Assembly: GCA_049599475.1 (NCBI GenBank)
Contig: JBMYOQ010000001.1
Coordinates: 1-64,000, forward strand
DNA: 64,000 nt
Direction: 5' to 3'
Origin: Opitutales bacterium
GTDB taxonomy: Bacteria; Verrucomicrobiota; Verrucomicrobiia; Opitutales; JABSRG01
The stretch's first letter is position 1. Each line of letters opens with the position of its first letter. The notes under the pieces are model-generated. The model was not told where the DNA came from, searched no databases, and worked only from the letters and a program-made list of their open reading frames with translations. Below, one piece after another: positions 22,130 through 31,394 of this stretch. The translations under genes and the position numbers were made by a program.

Positions 22130-22942
22130 TTATCCTAGGAGTCGGAGGGCTGCCTGTTGGCTGGAATTCGCCTGAGCCAACATCGCGGTGCCCGACTGGA
22201 CAAGGATGTTGTATCGTGCGAAGGCAGTAGACTCTGCTGCTACGTCGGTATCGACGATACGGCTATTCGCCGCTTCCAAGTTCAACTTGTTGATGGACAA
22301 GGTGTCGATTGCGAACTGTAGACGTGAAGTCTGTGCACCATTAACAGCACGTTGGGTAGCTACTTCCTGGATGGCGTCTGTGATGTTAGTAACAGTAATA
22401 CTCGTTAGTGAACTCACGCCAGTGATCGTTGCGACGTTGGAACCACTTTGATTGAAGTCCGCTTGGGAGATTGTAATATCTCCACCGCCTTGCTCTGTGG
22501 TTGCTACAGTGAGCGCACCATCTGTGGCGGCGAATAGATTTACCCCATTGAACTGTTCATCGTCGAGGTTCTGAAGTTGTGCGACGAGTTCGGTGAATTC
22601 CGAATCATAGTTTGCCTTATCGCTGGAGCTCTTGGTGATGTCGTCATACATCACTTTGAGTTCAGAGATACGGGTTATGATACTGGTTGCTGTTTTTAAG
22701 GCACCATCCTGACTCTGCAGGAATGAAATTGCATTTGACAGGTTCTCTTTTACTTTTTCGGTCCGGTTGAGTGCCGATGTGAGTTTTAGCGATACCGCCA
22801 ATCCCCCAGCGTCATCAGCCGGATTTACGATTTTACTACCGCTCGATAAACGAGCGAGGCTCTTTTGGAACATTGCAGAGCTACCGCTCAAGTTTTGTGC
22901 AGCTACTGATGCTCCTACATTTGTATTGATTACTAGTGACAT
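22130..22942 (-). CDS. fliC: Flagellin 4 (270 aa)
   Basis: Flagellin motifs; close paralog of flagellin 5. Confidence 0.97.
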   Translation of the reverse strand: MSLVINTNVGASVAAQNLSGSSAMFQKSLARLSSGSKIVNPADDAGGLAVSLKLTSALNRTEKVKENLSNAISFLQSQDGALKTATSIITRISELKVMYDDITKSSSDKANYDSEFTELVAQLQNLDDEQFNGVNLFAATDGALTVATTEQGGGDITISQADFNQSGSNVATITGVSSLTSITVTNITDAIQEVATQRAVNGAQTSRLQFAIDTLSINKLNLEAANSRIVDTDVAAESTAFARYNILVQSGTAMLAQANSSQQAALRLLG

Positions 22943-23059
22943 GATCTTATCTTCCTTGATTTTACCGCTACATCCATGTTGCGGTTTTCCAGCGTTTTAA
23001 TTTTGGCAGTTGGATCGCCGTTTGAGTATTATTACTCGATTCGTGGTTGTGGTTGAACA

Positions 23060-23725
23060 CAGAACATTGATGGAAACAATGCTCTGAAAGAATGGGCTTG
23101 CCGCATAGCCTTCCGCGTGTGGAAGAAATATGGGACAAGCCGGAAAGTCCCCGGGCTCCTTGGGCGAGCCCCGGCGTGGAATGCCGGAGCTCGCAGCGTC
23201 ACTTTATCTATACTATTGCTTTATCCAAGGAGCCTGAGTGCGGCCTGTGAAAGGGCCTAACGGATGCATGCCGGTTACTCACGCGCGGCAGGGTCCGCGC
23301 AGAACCTTGGCTTTTAAGCGTATCGCGTAAATGCCGTGTTCTGCTGGTTCGGGGTTCGAAAAAAAGCGATTTGATTAACGAATACAAAATAGCTCCATTC
23401 CGAGTTGTTCATTCAAGACTCGATCTTTGATATGTCGGTGCACTCGAAGAGAACGAAACGAGTGCAAATACAGACTGGCTTCTATCGAATGCCCTCGAAA
23501 GAGGGTTTCGCTAAAAGTCGAATCTGCCCTGGATATACCGCAGGAGCCTCTAGACGCGTCAATGGATGCGCTTTAGTATTGCGTTGACTCTCCAGCCAAC
23601 GGGTTGGCGCATCCTATATTTTCACAGGCGTGACAAGTCTAGGAGCTCCTGGCGTGTATTATGTCAAAGAACGAGCTATTGTTTGGCTCAGATAAGGAGT
23701 ATAGAATGGCGGGCTCCTCACCCGC
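23060..23725. ncRNA. Candidate large structured RNA / very long leader between flagellins 4 and 5
   Basis: No credible ORF; dense nested stems (e.g. GGCTCCTTGG/CCAAGGAGCC, GCAGAAC/GTTCTGC, GCACTCG/CGAGTGC, CCCTC-GAAA-GAGGG); boxA-like motif at 23661-23672. Confidence 0.5.
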
Positions 23726-23782
23726 AGGAATAGGTCTATGTGTCGGTGGAGAACAGGGCTCGAGCCGGGTCGGACGGAACGT

Positions 23783-23825
23783 CCCTGAACACCTTCACTT
23801 GTCTATTCCGTATTCGTATCAGAAA
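23783..23825 (-). repeat. Conserved 43-nt element 3' of flagellin 5 (copy B)
   Basis: Near-identical to 22077-22120. Confidence 0.9.
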
Positions 23826-23836
23826 AATTGGAGACT

Positions 23837-24649
23837 CTAACCGAGGAGTCTTAGCGCGGCCTGTTGGCTTGAGTTCGCTTGGGCGAGCATCGCAGTTCCG
23901 GACTGGACTAAGATATTGTATCTCGCGAATGCTGTGGATTCCTGGGCAACATCGGTGTCGACAATTCGGCTATTCGCAGCTTCAAGGTTCAGCTTGTTGA
24001 TGGATAGCGTGTCGATCGCGAACTGGAGTCTGGATGTTTGGGCACCGTTGACTGCTCGCATAGTTGCGACTTCTTGGATGGCATCCGTAAGATCGGTTAC
24101 CGTTATGCTGCTCAATGTGCTTGCGCCGGTGATTGTGGCGACTTCGCTGCTGGTTTGGTTGAAGTCTGCTTGGGAGATCGTGATATTCCCTCCCCCGGTT
24201 TCTGTAGTGGCGACTGTCAGGGCTCCGTCTGCTGCGGCAAACAGATTGACTCCATTGAACTGCTCTTGGTCAAGGTTACCCAGTTGGGCAATGAGTTCGG
24301 TGAACTCAGAATCATAATTCGATTTATCGTCTGTGCTCTTGGTGACGTCGTCATACATCACTTTGAGCTCCGAGATACGGGTTATGATACTGGATGCTGT
24401 TTTCAATGCACCATCTTGGCTTTGCAAGAAGGAGATCGCATTGGACAGGTTCTCTTTGACCTTTTCGGTGCGGTTGAGGGCCGAGGTGAGCTTGAGCGAG
24501 ACTGCTAAGCCACCAGCGTCATCAGCCGGATTTACGATTTTGCTTCCGCTCGATAGTCGAGCGAGACTCTTTTGGAACATCGAGTTGCTGCCGCTTAAGT
24601 TTTGCGCTGCAACTGATGCGCCGACGTTTGTATTGATTACGAGTGACAT
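23837..24649 (-). CDS. fliC: Flagellin 5 (270 aa)
   Basis: Flagellin motifs. Confidence 0.97.
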   Translation of the reverse strand: MSLVINTNVGASVAAQNLSGSNSMFQKSLARLSSGSKIVNPADDAGGLAVSLKLTSALNRTEKVKENLSNAISFLQSQDGALKTASSIITRISELKVMYDDVTKSTDDKSNYDSEFTELIAQLGNLDQEQFNGVNLFAAADGALTVATTETGGGNITISQADFNQTSSEVATITGASTLSSITVTDLTDAIQEVATMRAVNGAQTSRLQFAIDTLSINKLNLEAANSRIVDTDVAQESTAFARYNILVQSGTAMLAQANSSQQAALRLLG

Positions 24650-25094
24650 ATTATATCCTCCATGATATGTCGTGGCTTAGTGCCACGGTTGCTGGTATTT
24701 TTTGAATGGGCCGCCAGCGGACCTTCGAGCATCCGTGCTCTTGGTATTTATTTGGATAATGCGCTTTTGTTTTTATTCACGCATTCTGCCAAAAAGTCTC
24801 ATGATCATCGTGGTTTTGATGTTTCTTGTTATGTTTACGGTAAGGTGATTTCTTTGGATGTGTGTTGCGATAGTTGCGCTCCTGGGCTTTTTCGCGATTA
24901 CGTTTGCGGGGGTATACTCCCGCGATGGCATCATCTAAGTAATCTGTGTAGTTGTATGTGTATGATGAAATTTTCATATCTTTGTATCCTTGATTTAGTA
25001 TTACATTTGGGTGGGGACTCAGCCATCGAGTCTCGAGGTATGAGATGTATTTGCTTACTCATTGAGTTGTTGAGGCTGAGGTTTTAACTTCTCC

Positions 25095-25898
25095 TTATTG
25101 GAGGAGTCGTAGGGCTGCTTGGGATGCTTGGTTCGCTTGTGCAAGCATTGCCGTGCCGGATTGGACCAGAATGTTATACCTTGCGAACATCGTGGATTCT
25201 TCAGCTATATCAGTATCTTTGATACGGCTGTTTGCGGCTTCGAGATTGAGTGCATTGACGCTCAGCATATCGATGGAGAATCCAATTCGGCTGGATGTTG
25301 CACCATTGATTGCTCGCATTGTGGCGACGGACTCGATTGCGGTAACTACATCTGTTATGGTGATCGATGTAAGTGAAGAAGCCGATGTTACCGTGTTTGT
25401 AGTGCCTTGGAGGTCTGCTTGGCTGATATCTACCGTTTGTTGACCGTCTTCGGTAACAATTGTGGATAATGTGTTTCCGCCGTTGGCAAACAGGCTGACA
25501 CCATTGAAATTTTCATTGGTCAGAAGGCCGAGTTGGCTTTGTAGCTCAGTGAACTCTGCGTTGTAGTTCGCTACGTCGTCTGTGCTTTTTGCGACGTCTT
25601 CCGCCATGATGCGGAGCTCTGACATGCGATCTAGGATCTTGGTAGCGTTTTTAAGAGCTCCATCCTGAGATTGTAGGAATGAAAGAGAGTTTTGAAGATT
25701 GTTCTTCAGCGCTCGTGTGCGGCTGATCGTAGCATCGATTTTCAGAGAAACCGCAAGACCCCCAGCGTCATCGGCAGGGTTAACTATCCTTGAACCACTC
25801 GAAAGTCGGGCCAAGCTTTTCTGTAAACTTTGATTGCTATGTGTAAGATTAACTGCGGACGCACTGGCCGCGATGTTGGTATTGATGACAAGTGACAT
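25095..25898 (-). CDS. fliC: Flagellin 6 (267 aa, most divergent)
   Basis: Flagellin motifs. Confidence 0.97.
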   Translation of the reverse strand: MSLVINTNIAASASAVNLTHSNQSLQKSLARLSSGSRIVNPADDAGGLAVSLKIDATISRTRALKNNLQNSLSFLQSQDGALKNATKILDRMSELRIMAEDVAKSTDDVANYNAEFTELQSQLGLLTNENFNGVSLFANGGNTLSTIVTEDGQQTVDISQADLQGTTNTVTSASSLTSITITDVVTAIESVATMRAINGATSSRIGFSIDMLSVNALNLEAANSRIKDTDIAEESTMFARYNILVQSGTAMLAQANQASQAALRLLQ

Positions 25899-26000
25899 TT
25901 TTTATCCTCCATGATAAAGCGTGTGCCGTCCATGGCACCCGCGCTCAGATTTGTCAGGCTTGAGCTTCCTGGTAACAACCTCCTTGTTGCGACACCTTAT

Positions 26001-26028
26001 ATATCGCTCAGGTGTTTCCTGAACTTTA
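26001..26028 (-). promoter_or_regulatory. sigma28-like promoter for flagellin 6
   Basis: TAAAGTTC-N12-AGCGATAT versus extended consensus TAAAGTTT-N11-GCCGATAA. Confidence 0.6.
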
Positions 26029-26218
26029 AAAGAAAATCGAGAAAAGTGCGTATTTTCTCTTAGTGATAATTGAGAATCAGGAGTTGTTTGAAAGGTGAAT
26101 CATACCTCTCTTGGAGAATCTGTAATGTCCCGGCTATCGTGAGCTTTGCGCGTGAGCCCTGATAGATCAAAATATTAGCAGCCTAGATATCTGCTATATA
26201 AATTAAATAGAGCGGAGC

Positions 26219-27169
26219 CTACTTTTGTCTAAACGTGTTATCTACTGAGTGTTTTTTGAAATCCTCGAATGCATGGGCGATTCCCGTTTTGAGATCGTAT
26301 TTTGGCTCCCAGCCGAGTGAGTTTATGAGGCTGTTGTCCATTAGTTTGCGTGGAGTGCCGTCGGGCTTGCTTGTATCTTGGACGATATTTCCGTCAAAGC
26401 CGACTGTTTCGGCGACTATTTCCGCTAAGCCGCGAATACTGATCTCCTGCCCACTACCAATGTTTACGAGATCTGGTGGGTTCTCCATTTTGAGGAGGTG
26501 GACCATGCCCGCGGCGCAGTCGTCGGAGTGAAGGAACTCGCGTAGGGGGGTGCCTGTTCCCCAGAGAACGACTTCTTTCTGCCCGGACTCTGCTGCTTCG
26601 TAGAATCTGCGTATGAGTGCAGGCAATACGTGAGAATTCTCTGGATGGTAATTATCTCCAGGGCCGTAGAGATTGGTGGGCATTGCAGAGTGATAGGTTA
26701 CCCCGTATTGACGGCGATAATACTCACACATCTTTAACCCTGCGATTTTTGCAATGGCGTAGGCTTCGTTTGTCTGTTCAAGTGCTCCGGTTAGCAAACA
26801 CGACTCTTCCATCGGTTGAGGCGCCATGCGTGGGTAAATGCAGGAACTTCCGAGGAAAAGAACACGCGCTACGCCATGCTGATAGCTGCTGTGGATCAGA
26901 TTGTGGGCGATTGCGAGGTTTTCCTGCATGAACTCTGCAGGATATGTATTATTTGCATGGATACCACCTACGCGTGCTGCTGCGATGACCACGACTTGTG
27001 GCTTTTCCTGTTTGATCCACTGGTCGACGGCCGCGGCATCGGTGAGGTTGAGCTCTGAGCGGGTCCGTGTTATGATATTCTCATAGCCTTGTTGCTTGAG
27101 GTTTCGGCAGATAGCCGAGCCCACCATGCCGCGGTGTCCGCTTACATAGATCTTGGAGGATGTATCCAT
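26219..27169 (-). CDS. fcl: GDP-L-fucose synthase
   Basis: [48 protein letters not shown]. Confidence 0.96.
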   Translation of the reverse strand: MDTSSKIYVSGHRGMVGSAICRNLKQQGYENIITRTRSELNLTDAAAVDQWIKQEKPQVVVIAAARVGGIHANNTYPAEFMQENLAIAHNLIHSSYQHGVARVLFLGSSCIYPRMAPQPMEESCLLTGALEQTNEAYAIAKIAGLKMCEYYRRQYGVTYHSAMPTNLYGPGDNYHPENSHVLPALIRRFYEAAESGQKEVVLWGTGTPLREFLHSDDCAAGMVHLLKMENPPDLVNIGSGQEISIRGLAEIVAETVGFDGNIVQDTSKPDGTPRKLMDNSLINSLGWEPKYDLKTGIAHAFEDFKKHSVDNTFRQK

Positions 27170-27182
27170 TCTTTATTACGAT

Positions 27183-28196
27183 TTAGTAGGTCGCTTCCTT
27201 TATTGCTAGTTCCTTGCGGGCAAGTTTTAGATCGGACTCCGTCATGATTTTGACGAGTTCCTTAAACTTTACTTTTGGCTCCCAGCCGATCTGCTTCTTG
27301 AGCTTTGCCGGGTCTCCGATGAGTAGGTCTACTTCAGCGGGGCGCTCATAGCGTGGGTCGAATTTTACGTATTCCTTCCAGTCTAGATCGAGAAGGCCGA
27401 ATGTTTCTTCGACAAATTCCTTAACAGTGTGAGTTTCGTTCGTCGCGCAAACGTAGTCATCTGGGTTGTCTTGCTGTAGCATGAGCCACATGACCTCTGC
27501 ATATTCCTTAGCGTATCCCCAGTCGCGTTTAGCATCGAGATTGCCCATGTAGAGTGAATCTTGCAGTCCCATCTTGATGCGTGTTGCTGCACGTGTGATT
27601 TTGCGGGTTACGAAAGTTTCTCCGCGGCGTGGGGATTCGTGGTTGAAGAGGATGCCGTTTGAAGCATGCAGGCCGTAAGATTCGCGGAAGTTGACGGTTA
27701 GCCAATATGCGTAGACTTTCGCGCAAGCGTAGGGTGATCGTGGCCAGAAAGGTGTTTCTTCTGTCTGAGGAACGTGTTGAACCTTTCCATACATTTCAGA
27801 TGAAGATGCTTGGTAGTAGCGGCATTTGTTGACGAGGCCTGCTTCGCGGATGGCTTCTAGAATGCGGACGGCTCCGACTCCGACTACGTCGCCTGTGTAT
27901 TCTGGAATGTCAAAAGATACGCGCACGTGCGATTGAGCTCCTAGGTTATAGATTTCATCGGGCTTGAGATCGTAGAGGAGCTTTATGAGCTGTGTGGAGT
28001 CTGCGAGATCACCGTAATGAAGGAAGAGCTTGGTCCCGTGAATGTGTGGGTCATTATACAGGTGATCGATACGGTCGGTATTGAAAGTGGAGGAACGGCG
28101 GATGATACCGTGGACTTCGTACCCCTTTTCAAGGAGGAGTTCTGCGAGGTAAGATCCGTCTTGGCCGGTGATTCCTGTAATGAGTGCTCGTTTCAT
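27183..28196 (-). CDS. gmd: GDP-mannose 4,6-dehydratase
   Basis: [47 protein letters not shown]. Confidence 0.98.
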   Translation of the reverse strand: MKRALITGITGQDGSYLAELLLEKGYEVHGIIRRSSTFNTDRIDHLYNDPHIHGTKLFLHYGDLADSTQLIKLLYDLKPDEIYNLGAQSHVRVSFDIPEYTGDVVGVGAVRILEAIREAGLVNKCRYYQASSSEMYGKVQHVPQTEETPFWPRSPYACAKVYAYWLTVNFRESYGLHASNGILFNHESPRRGETFVTRKITRAATRIKMGLQDSLYMGNLDAKRDWGYAKEYAEVMWLMLQQDNPDDYVCATNETHTVKEFVEETFGLLDLDWKEYVKFDPRYERPAEVDLLIGDPAKLKKQIGWEPKVKFKELVKIMTESDLKLARKELAIKEATY

Positions 28197-28295
28197 AATT
28201 TATCTCTAAGGGTGGAAAATGATTTTTACGGTATGATACCGAAAGCTCTAAGCTTTGTCTTTACGTAAAAGCGTAATAAGTTTAATGATTTGCGA

Positions 28296-29411
28296 ATGAG
28301 GGTCGCAGTTCATTCTGAATTCTCCGGTGCCGGGCAGATGGCGTTTTATGCGGGTTTAGACGCTGGAAATCGCGCCGCCGGGAGTCCGATATCTTTTTTC
28401 CCATTGAGAGAGCCCCTCGAGAGTATCTGGGGCCGCTCTAAATTGCTGCGAGAGGCGGATGCATGTGTTGGGAGTTTGGTGAGTGATCGGTGGCTTGGAG
28501 GGGACAAGCAGGCTGGGATACGCTGTATAAATCTGGGGCAATGGTCGAAGATTCGATCTGTTCCAACCGTGGGCGTGGATTATTTCCAGATCGGAAATCT
28601 TGCAGCCGAGAGTTTGTTGGAAGCCGGTGCTGAGGAGATATGTATCTTTGCCCCAGTAGGACAGTGGCGATCCGAAGAACTCTTTCGGGGGGTGAGGTCG
28701 ATGGTCGATCATGCAGCGCGGATCCAGGTCTATCGGGGGCCGAGGGTGGGCACGGGTGCTCTGGGTGAATGGTTGGGCACTCTAAGATCAGATACATCCT
28801 ATGGAGTCCTTACGATTAACGACGCAGCCGCGCTCCGAGTGATCGAGCAGGCCTATGGTCGAGAGATTGAAATTGGGAAGAACCTACATGTAGTCGGAAT
28901 AGGAGATGATCCAGAGGCATCCGTTCTGTCACCGGTGGCGATTGCCTCAGTTCCGATACCCTATCATTCGATCGGGCGAAGGGTCGCAGAACTCTTGATC
29001 GATTCGCCCGTTTCAGCGGAATCCGAGGCGCTATTGCTGCCACCCGGTTCTGTGATTCGCAGAGCGAGTCTTGAAATGGAAGAGGAGCGAGAGGAAATTG
29101 TAGAGCGCGCCCTTGACCTTATGAAACGCTCTTTGCGCGCACCGTATAGCATACAAGAATTGTCGGAAACGCTGGGAGTTTCTCGGCGTGGCTTAGAATT
29201 GAAATTTGCCGCCTCGGGTTTGGAATCTCCGGCTAAGTCTTGGATGCGGTTTAGAATCGATGAGGCGAAACGACTCTTGCATGAAACGGACTGGCGCTTG
29301 AATGAGATTGCCGAGCGCACCGGTTTCGCGTCGCAACAGCGTTTTTCCCAGGCCTTCAAGGAGCATGTCGGTATCCCTGCCAGAATTTGGAGATCTCAGG
29401 AAGTCGGGTAA
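28296..29411 (+). CDS. XylR-like regulator (LacI-type ligand domain plus AraC HTH)
   Basis: N-terminal periplasmic-binding-protein-like fold (NDAAA, VVGIGDD); C-terminal AraC double HTH (IAERTGF...FSQAFK). Confidence 0.85.
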   Translation: MRVAVHSEFSGAGQMAFYAGLDAGNRAAGSPISFFPLREPLESIWGRSKLLREADACVGSLVSDRWLGGDKQAGIRCINLGQWSKIRSVPTVGVDYFQIGNLAAESLLEAGAEEICIFAPVGQWRSEELFRGVRSMVDHAARIQVYRGPRVGTGALGEWLGTLRSDTSYGVLTINDAAALRVIEQAYGREIEIGKNLHVVGIGDDPEASVLSPVAIASVPIPYHSIGRRVAELLIDSPVSAESEALLLPPGSVIRRASLEMEEEREEIVERALDLMKRSLRAPYSIQELSETLGVSRRGLELKFAASGLESPAKSWMRFRIDEAKRLLHETDWRLNEIAERTGFASQQRFSQAFKEHVGIPARIWRSQEVG

Positions 29412-29466
29412 GCGGAGGTTCCCTTAGCGTTGCCATATCGATTCAAATACGCTTCTAGCATTTGTA

Positions 29467-30417
29467 ATGGAAAATCTTCAATCTACCGAGCGCTTTGAAT
29501 TTGAGGTCCCGGAACGAGTCCGGAAAGCGGAGCGGGTGGATAAGGTTTTAGCGGCTGAATTCTCGGATCGTTCGCGTTCTCAAATCCAGCGAGCTTTGGA
29601 TGCGGGGTTAATCCTGCGTGAAGATGGGGTTTTGGCTAAAAAGGCCAAAGTAGCGGCAGGCGATATCCTAAGTGTCTCATGGGTGGCCGCTGTCGAGCAG
29701 AGTGCAGAGCCCGTCGATATCCCCTTAGAGGTTTTGTTTGAGGATGAACATATGATCGCCGTGAGCAAGCCGGTGGGTATGGTGACGCATCCTGGTGTAG
29801 GCACCGGGCCGGATACTTTAGTGCACGCGCTTCTATTTCATTGTCAGGGAAAGTTAGCATCTGTGGGTGCCCCCGACCGACCCGGAATCGTGCATCGCCT
29901 GGATAAAGAGACTTCGGGAATCATCGTCGTAGCGAAGACCGACAAAGCATATCACGCGCTTGTGGAGCAGTTTTCGGAGCGCTCTATGCGCAAAATATAT
30001 CAGGCGTTGGCGATCGGAGTGCCCACTGAGGAAGCGGGCTCTGTCAAGCAACCTATTGGGCGCCACCCGGTCCACCGGACGCGCATGGCCGTCGTGCCCA
30101 ATGGAAAATTTGCGCACACAGACTGGAGTTTAGTGCGAGCTCTGGGAGATCGGGCGGCCTTGATGAGCTGTCATATTCACACCGGTCGCACGCATCAAAT
30201 TCGTGTGCACATGCAGCATCTGGGGCATCCTTTGCTTGGGGATGCTAATTACGGTTTTAAAACGAATCGCCTGCCCGGAGTTGCTGTGCCGCGCGTCATG
30301 CTGCACGCACATACTCTGGAATTAAATCATCCTGTTGAAAAACGGAGAATGGCTCTCGAGGCACCGATACCCGAAGATTTCCTCTCATTGATTCGCGAAA
30401 TCGAGCAGCGTGACTAA
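29467..30417 (+). CDS. rluD: RluA/RluD-family 23S rRNA pseudouridine synthase
   Basis: S4 domain, RPGIVHRLDKETSG, TGRTHQIRVH. Confidence 0.9.
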   Translation: MENLQSTERFEFEVPERVRKAERVDKVLAAEFSDRSRSQIQRALDAGLILREDGVLAKKAKVAAGDILSVSWVAAVEQSAEPVDIPLEVLFEDEHMIAVSKPVGMVTHPGVGTGPDTLVHALLFHCQGKLASVGAPDRPGIVHRLDKETSGIIVVAKTDKAYHALVEQFSERSMRKIYQALAIGVPTEEAGSVKQPIGRHPVHRTRMAVVPNGKFAHTDWSLVRALGDRAALMSCHIHTGRTHQIRVHMQHLGHPLLGDANYGFKTNRLPGVAVPRVMLHAHTLELNHPVEKRRMALEAPIPEDFLSLIREIEQRD

Positions 30418-30518
30418 ATATCTGGGGGTGAAATAGCGCAACTCTATGGAAATCATTGAGAAGCGTAGTCTTTAGGTCTTGAGTTTTGAAAGTCCGCTCT
30501 CACCTTAATGATTCCAGA

Positions 30519-31376
30519 ATGCAGCAAGTCGGGGAAAAACTAGAAGAAGCGCGGAAACGCCAGGGCATAACCATCCGTGAAGCCTCGGACGCTACGAAGA
30601 TCCGCGCCGATTTTCTCGTTTCATTCGAGCAGGGGTCCTTCGATATCAAGTTGCCTGAAATTTACCGTCGGGGATTTGTTAAAAACTACGCGCGTTTTCT
30701 GAAGCTCGATCCCGATAAGATTATGGTCGAGTATGCTGCTGTAACGGGCACCAGCAACTTGAGCCGCTCCTCGCGCCGCGAGAATCGTGAGACATTGGGC
30801 CGCATGGATTTTGATCAGGCGACTTCTGGTGGAAACAACACCAAGCCCAGCATTCGTCCGTCGTCTACAAAGCCGAGTGCGCCAATGCCTGAGGCCGAGG
30901 AACTTCCCGCTGACGGCGCGAAAGCAGACAAGCCGTCGATTTCGATAGACAACAGTGTCTATTGGAAAATTGGTCTCGTGGTAGGGGCCGGCCTGATCTT
31001 CATCGTAGTGGTCGTTTCAGTTATCAATCTTATTACGCAATTCTCGGCCGAGGATTCGGATTTCGAGGTAGCAGGGACGGAGGAGACCGTGTCGACTCCA
31101 TCTTCTCCAGGCGATACAGCGGTGTCTGCCGGGGCCTCGGCTTCGGATGAGTTTACGCTCATTGCTTCGGACCGTGTGTTTGTGATCGTGAAAGAAATGG
31201 AAGGCGATCAACAGATTTTACGCCGCTATCTTGAGGCGGGAGAGGAAGTGACGGTCAGTGCATCAGGGCCAGCGACCATCTCCTATGGCAACGCAGAGAA
31301 TTTGAAAGTGCGTAAAGGGGGCTCCACCTACCAAGCGGCGCCGGGTTCGTATTCGATGCGGACTGACCAGTTCTAA
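30519..31376 (+). CDS. rodZ: RodZ-like protein (HTH_25, TM helix, C-terminal domain)
   Basis: GEKLEEAR...TKIR...YRRGFVKNYARFL; single TM; C-terminal GNAENL. Confidence 0.8.
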   Translation: MQQVGEKLEEARKRQGITIREASDATKIRADFLVSFEQGSFDIKLPEIYRRGFVKNYARFLKLDPDKIMVEYAAVTGTSNLSRSSRRENRETLGRMDFDQATSGGNNTKPSIRPSSTKPSAPMPEAEELPADGAKADKPSISIDNSVYWKIGLVVGAGLIFIVVVVSVINLITQFSAEDSDFEVAGTEETVSTPSSPGDTAVSAGASASDEFTLIASDRVFVIVKEMEGDQQILRRYLEAGEEVTVSASGPATISYGNAENLKVRKGGSTYQAAPGSYSMRTDQF

Positions 31377-31394
31377 AGATCTTTAGAAGGCTGT

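Noticed and set aside
23140..23320. RNase P RNA-like words (GGAAAGTCC..GGGCTCC, GTGAAAGGG, CAGAACCTTGGCTT) on the plus strand
   Set aside because: The span is much shorter than bacterial RNase P RNA, and the conserved AGTGCAACAG and GGTAAAC elements are missing. Not called; cmscan with the RNaseP_bact models would settle it.
24662..25087. 141-aa plus-strand ORF between flagellins 5 and 6
   Set aside because: Cys/Leu-rich, compositionally biased, antisense to the flagellin leader, with no recognisable motif.
18061..25898. Invertible phase-variation switch or RNA-guided (TldR-like) flagellin regulator
   Set aside because: No recombinase, TnpB-like ORF or inverted gene copies in the window.
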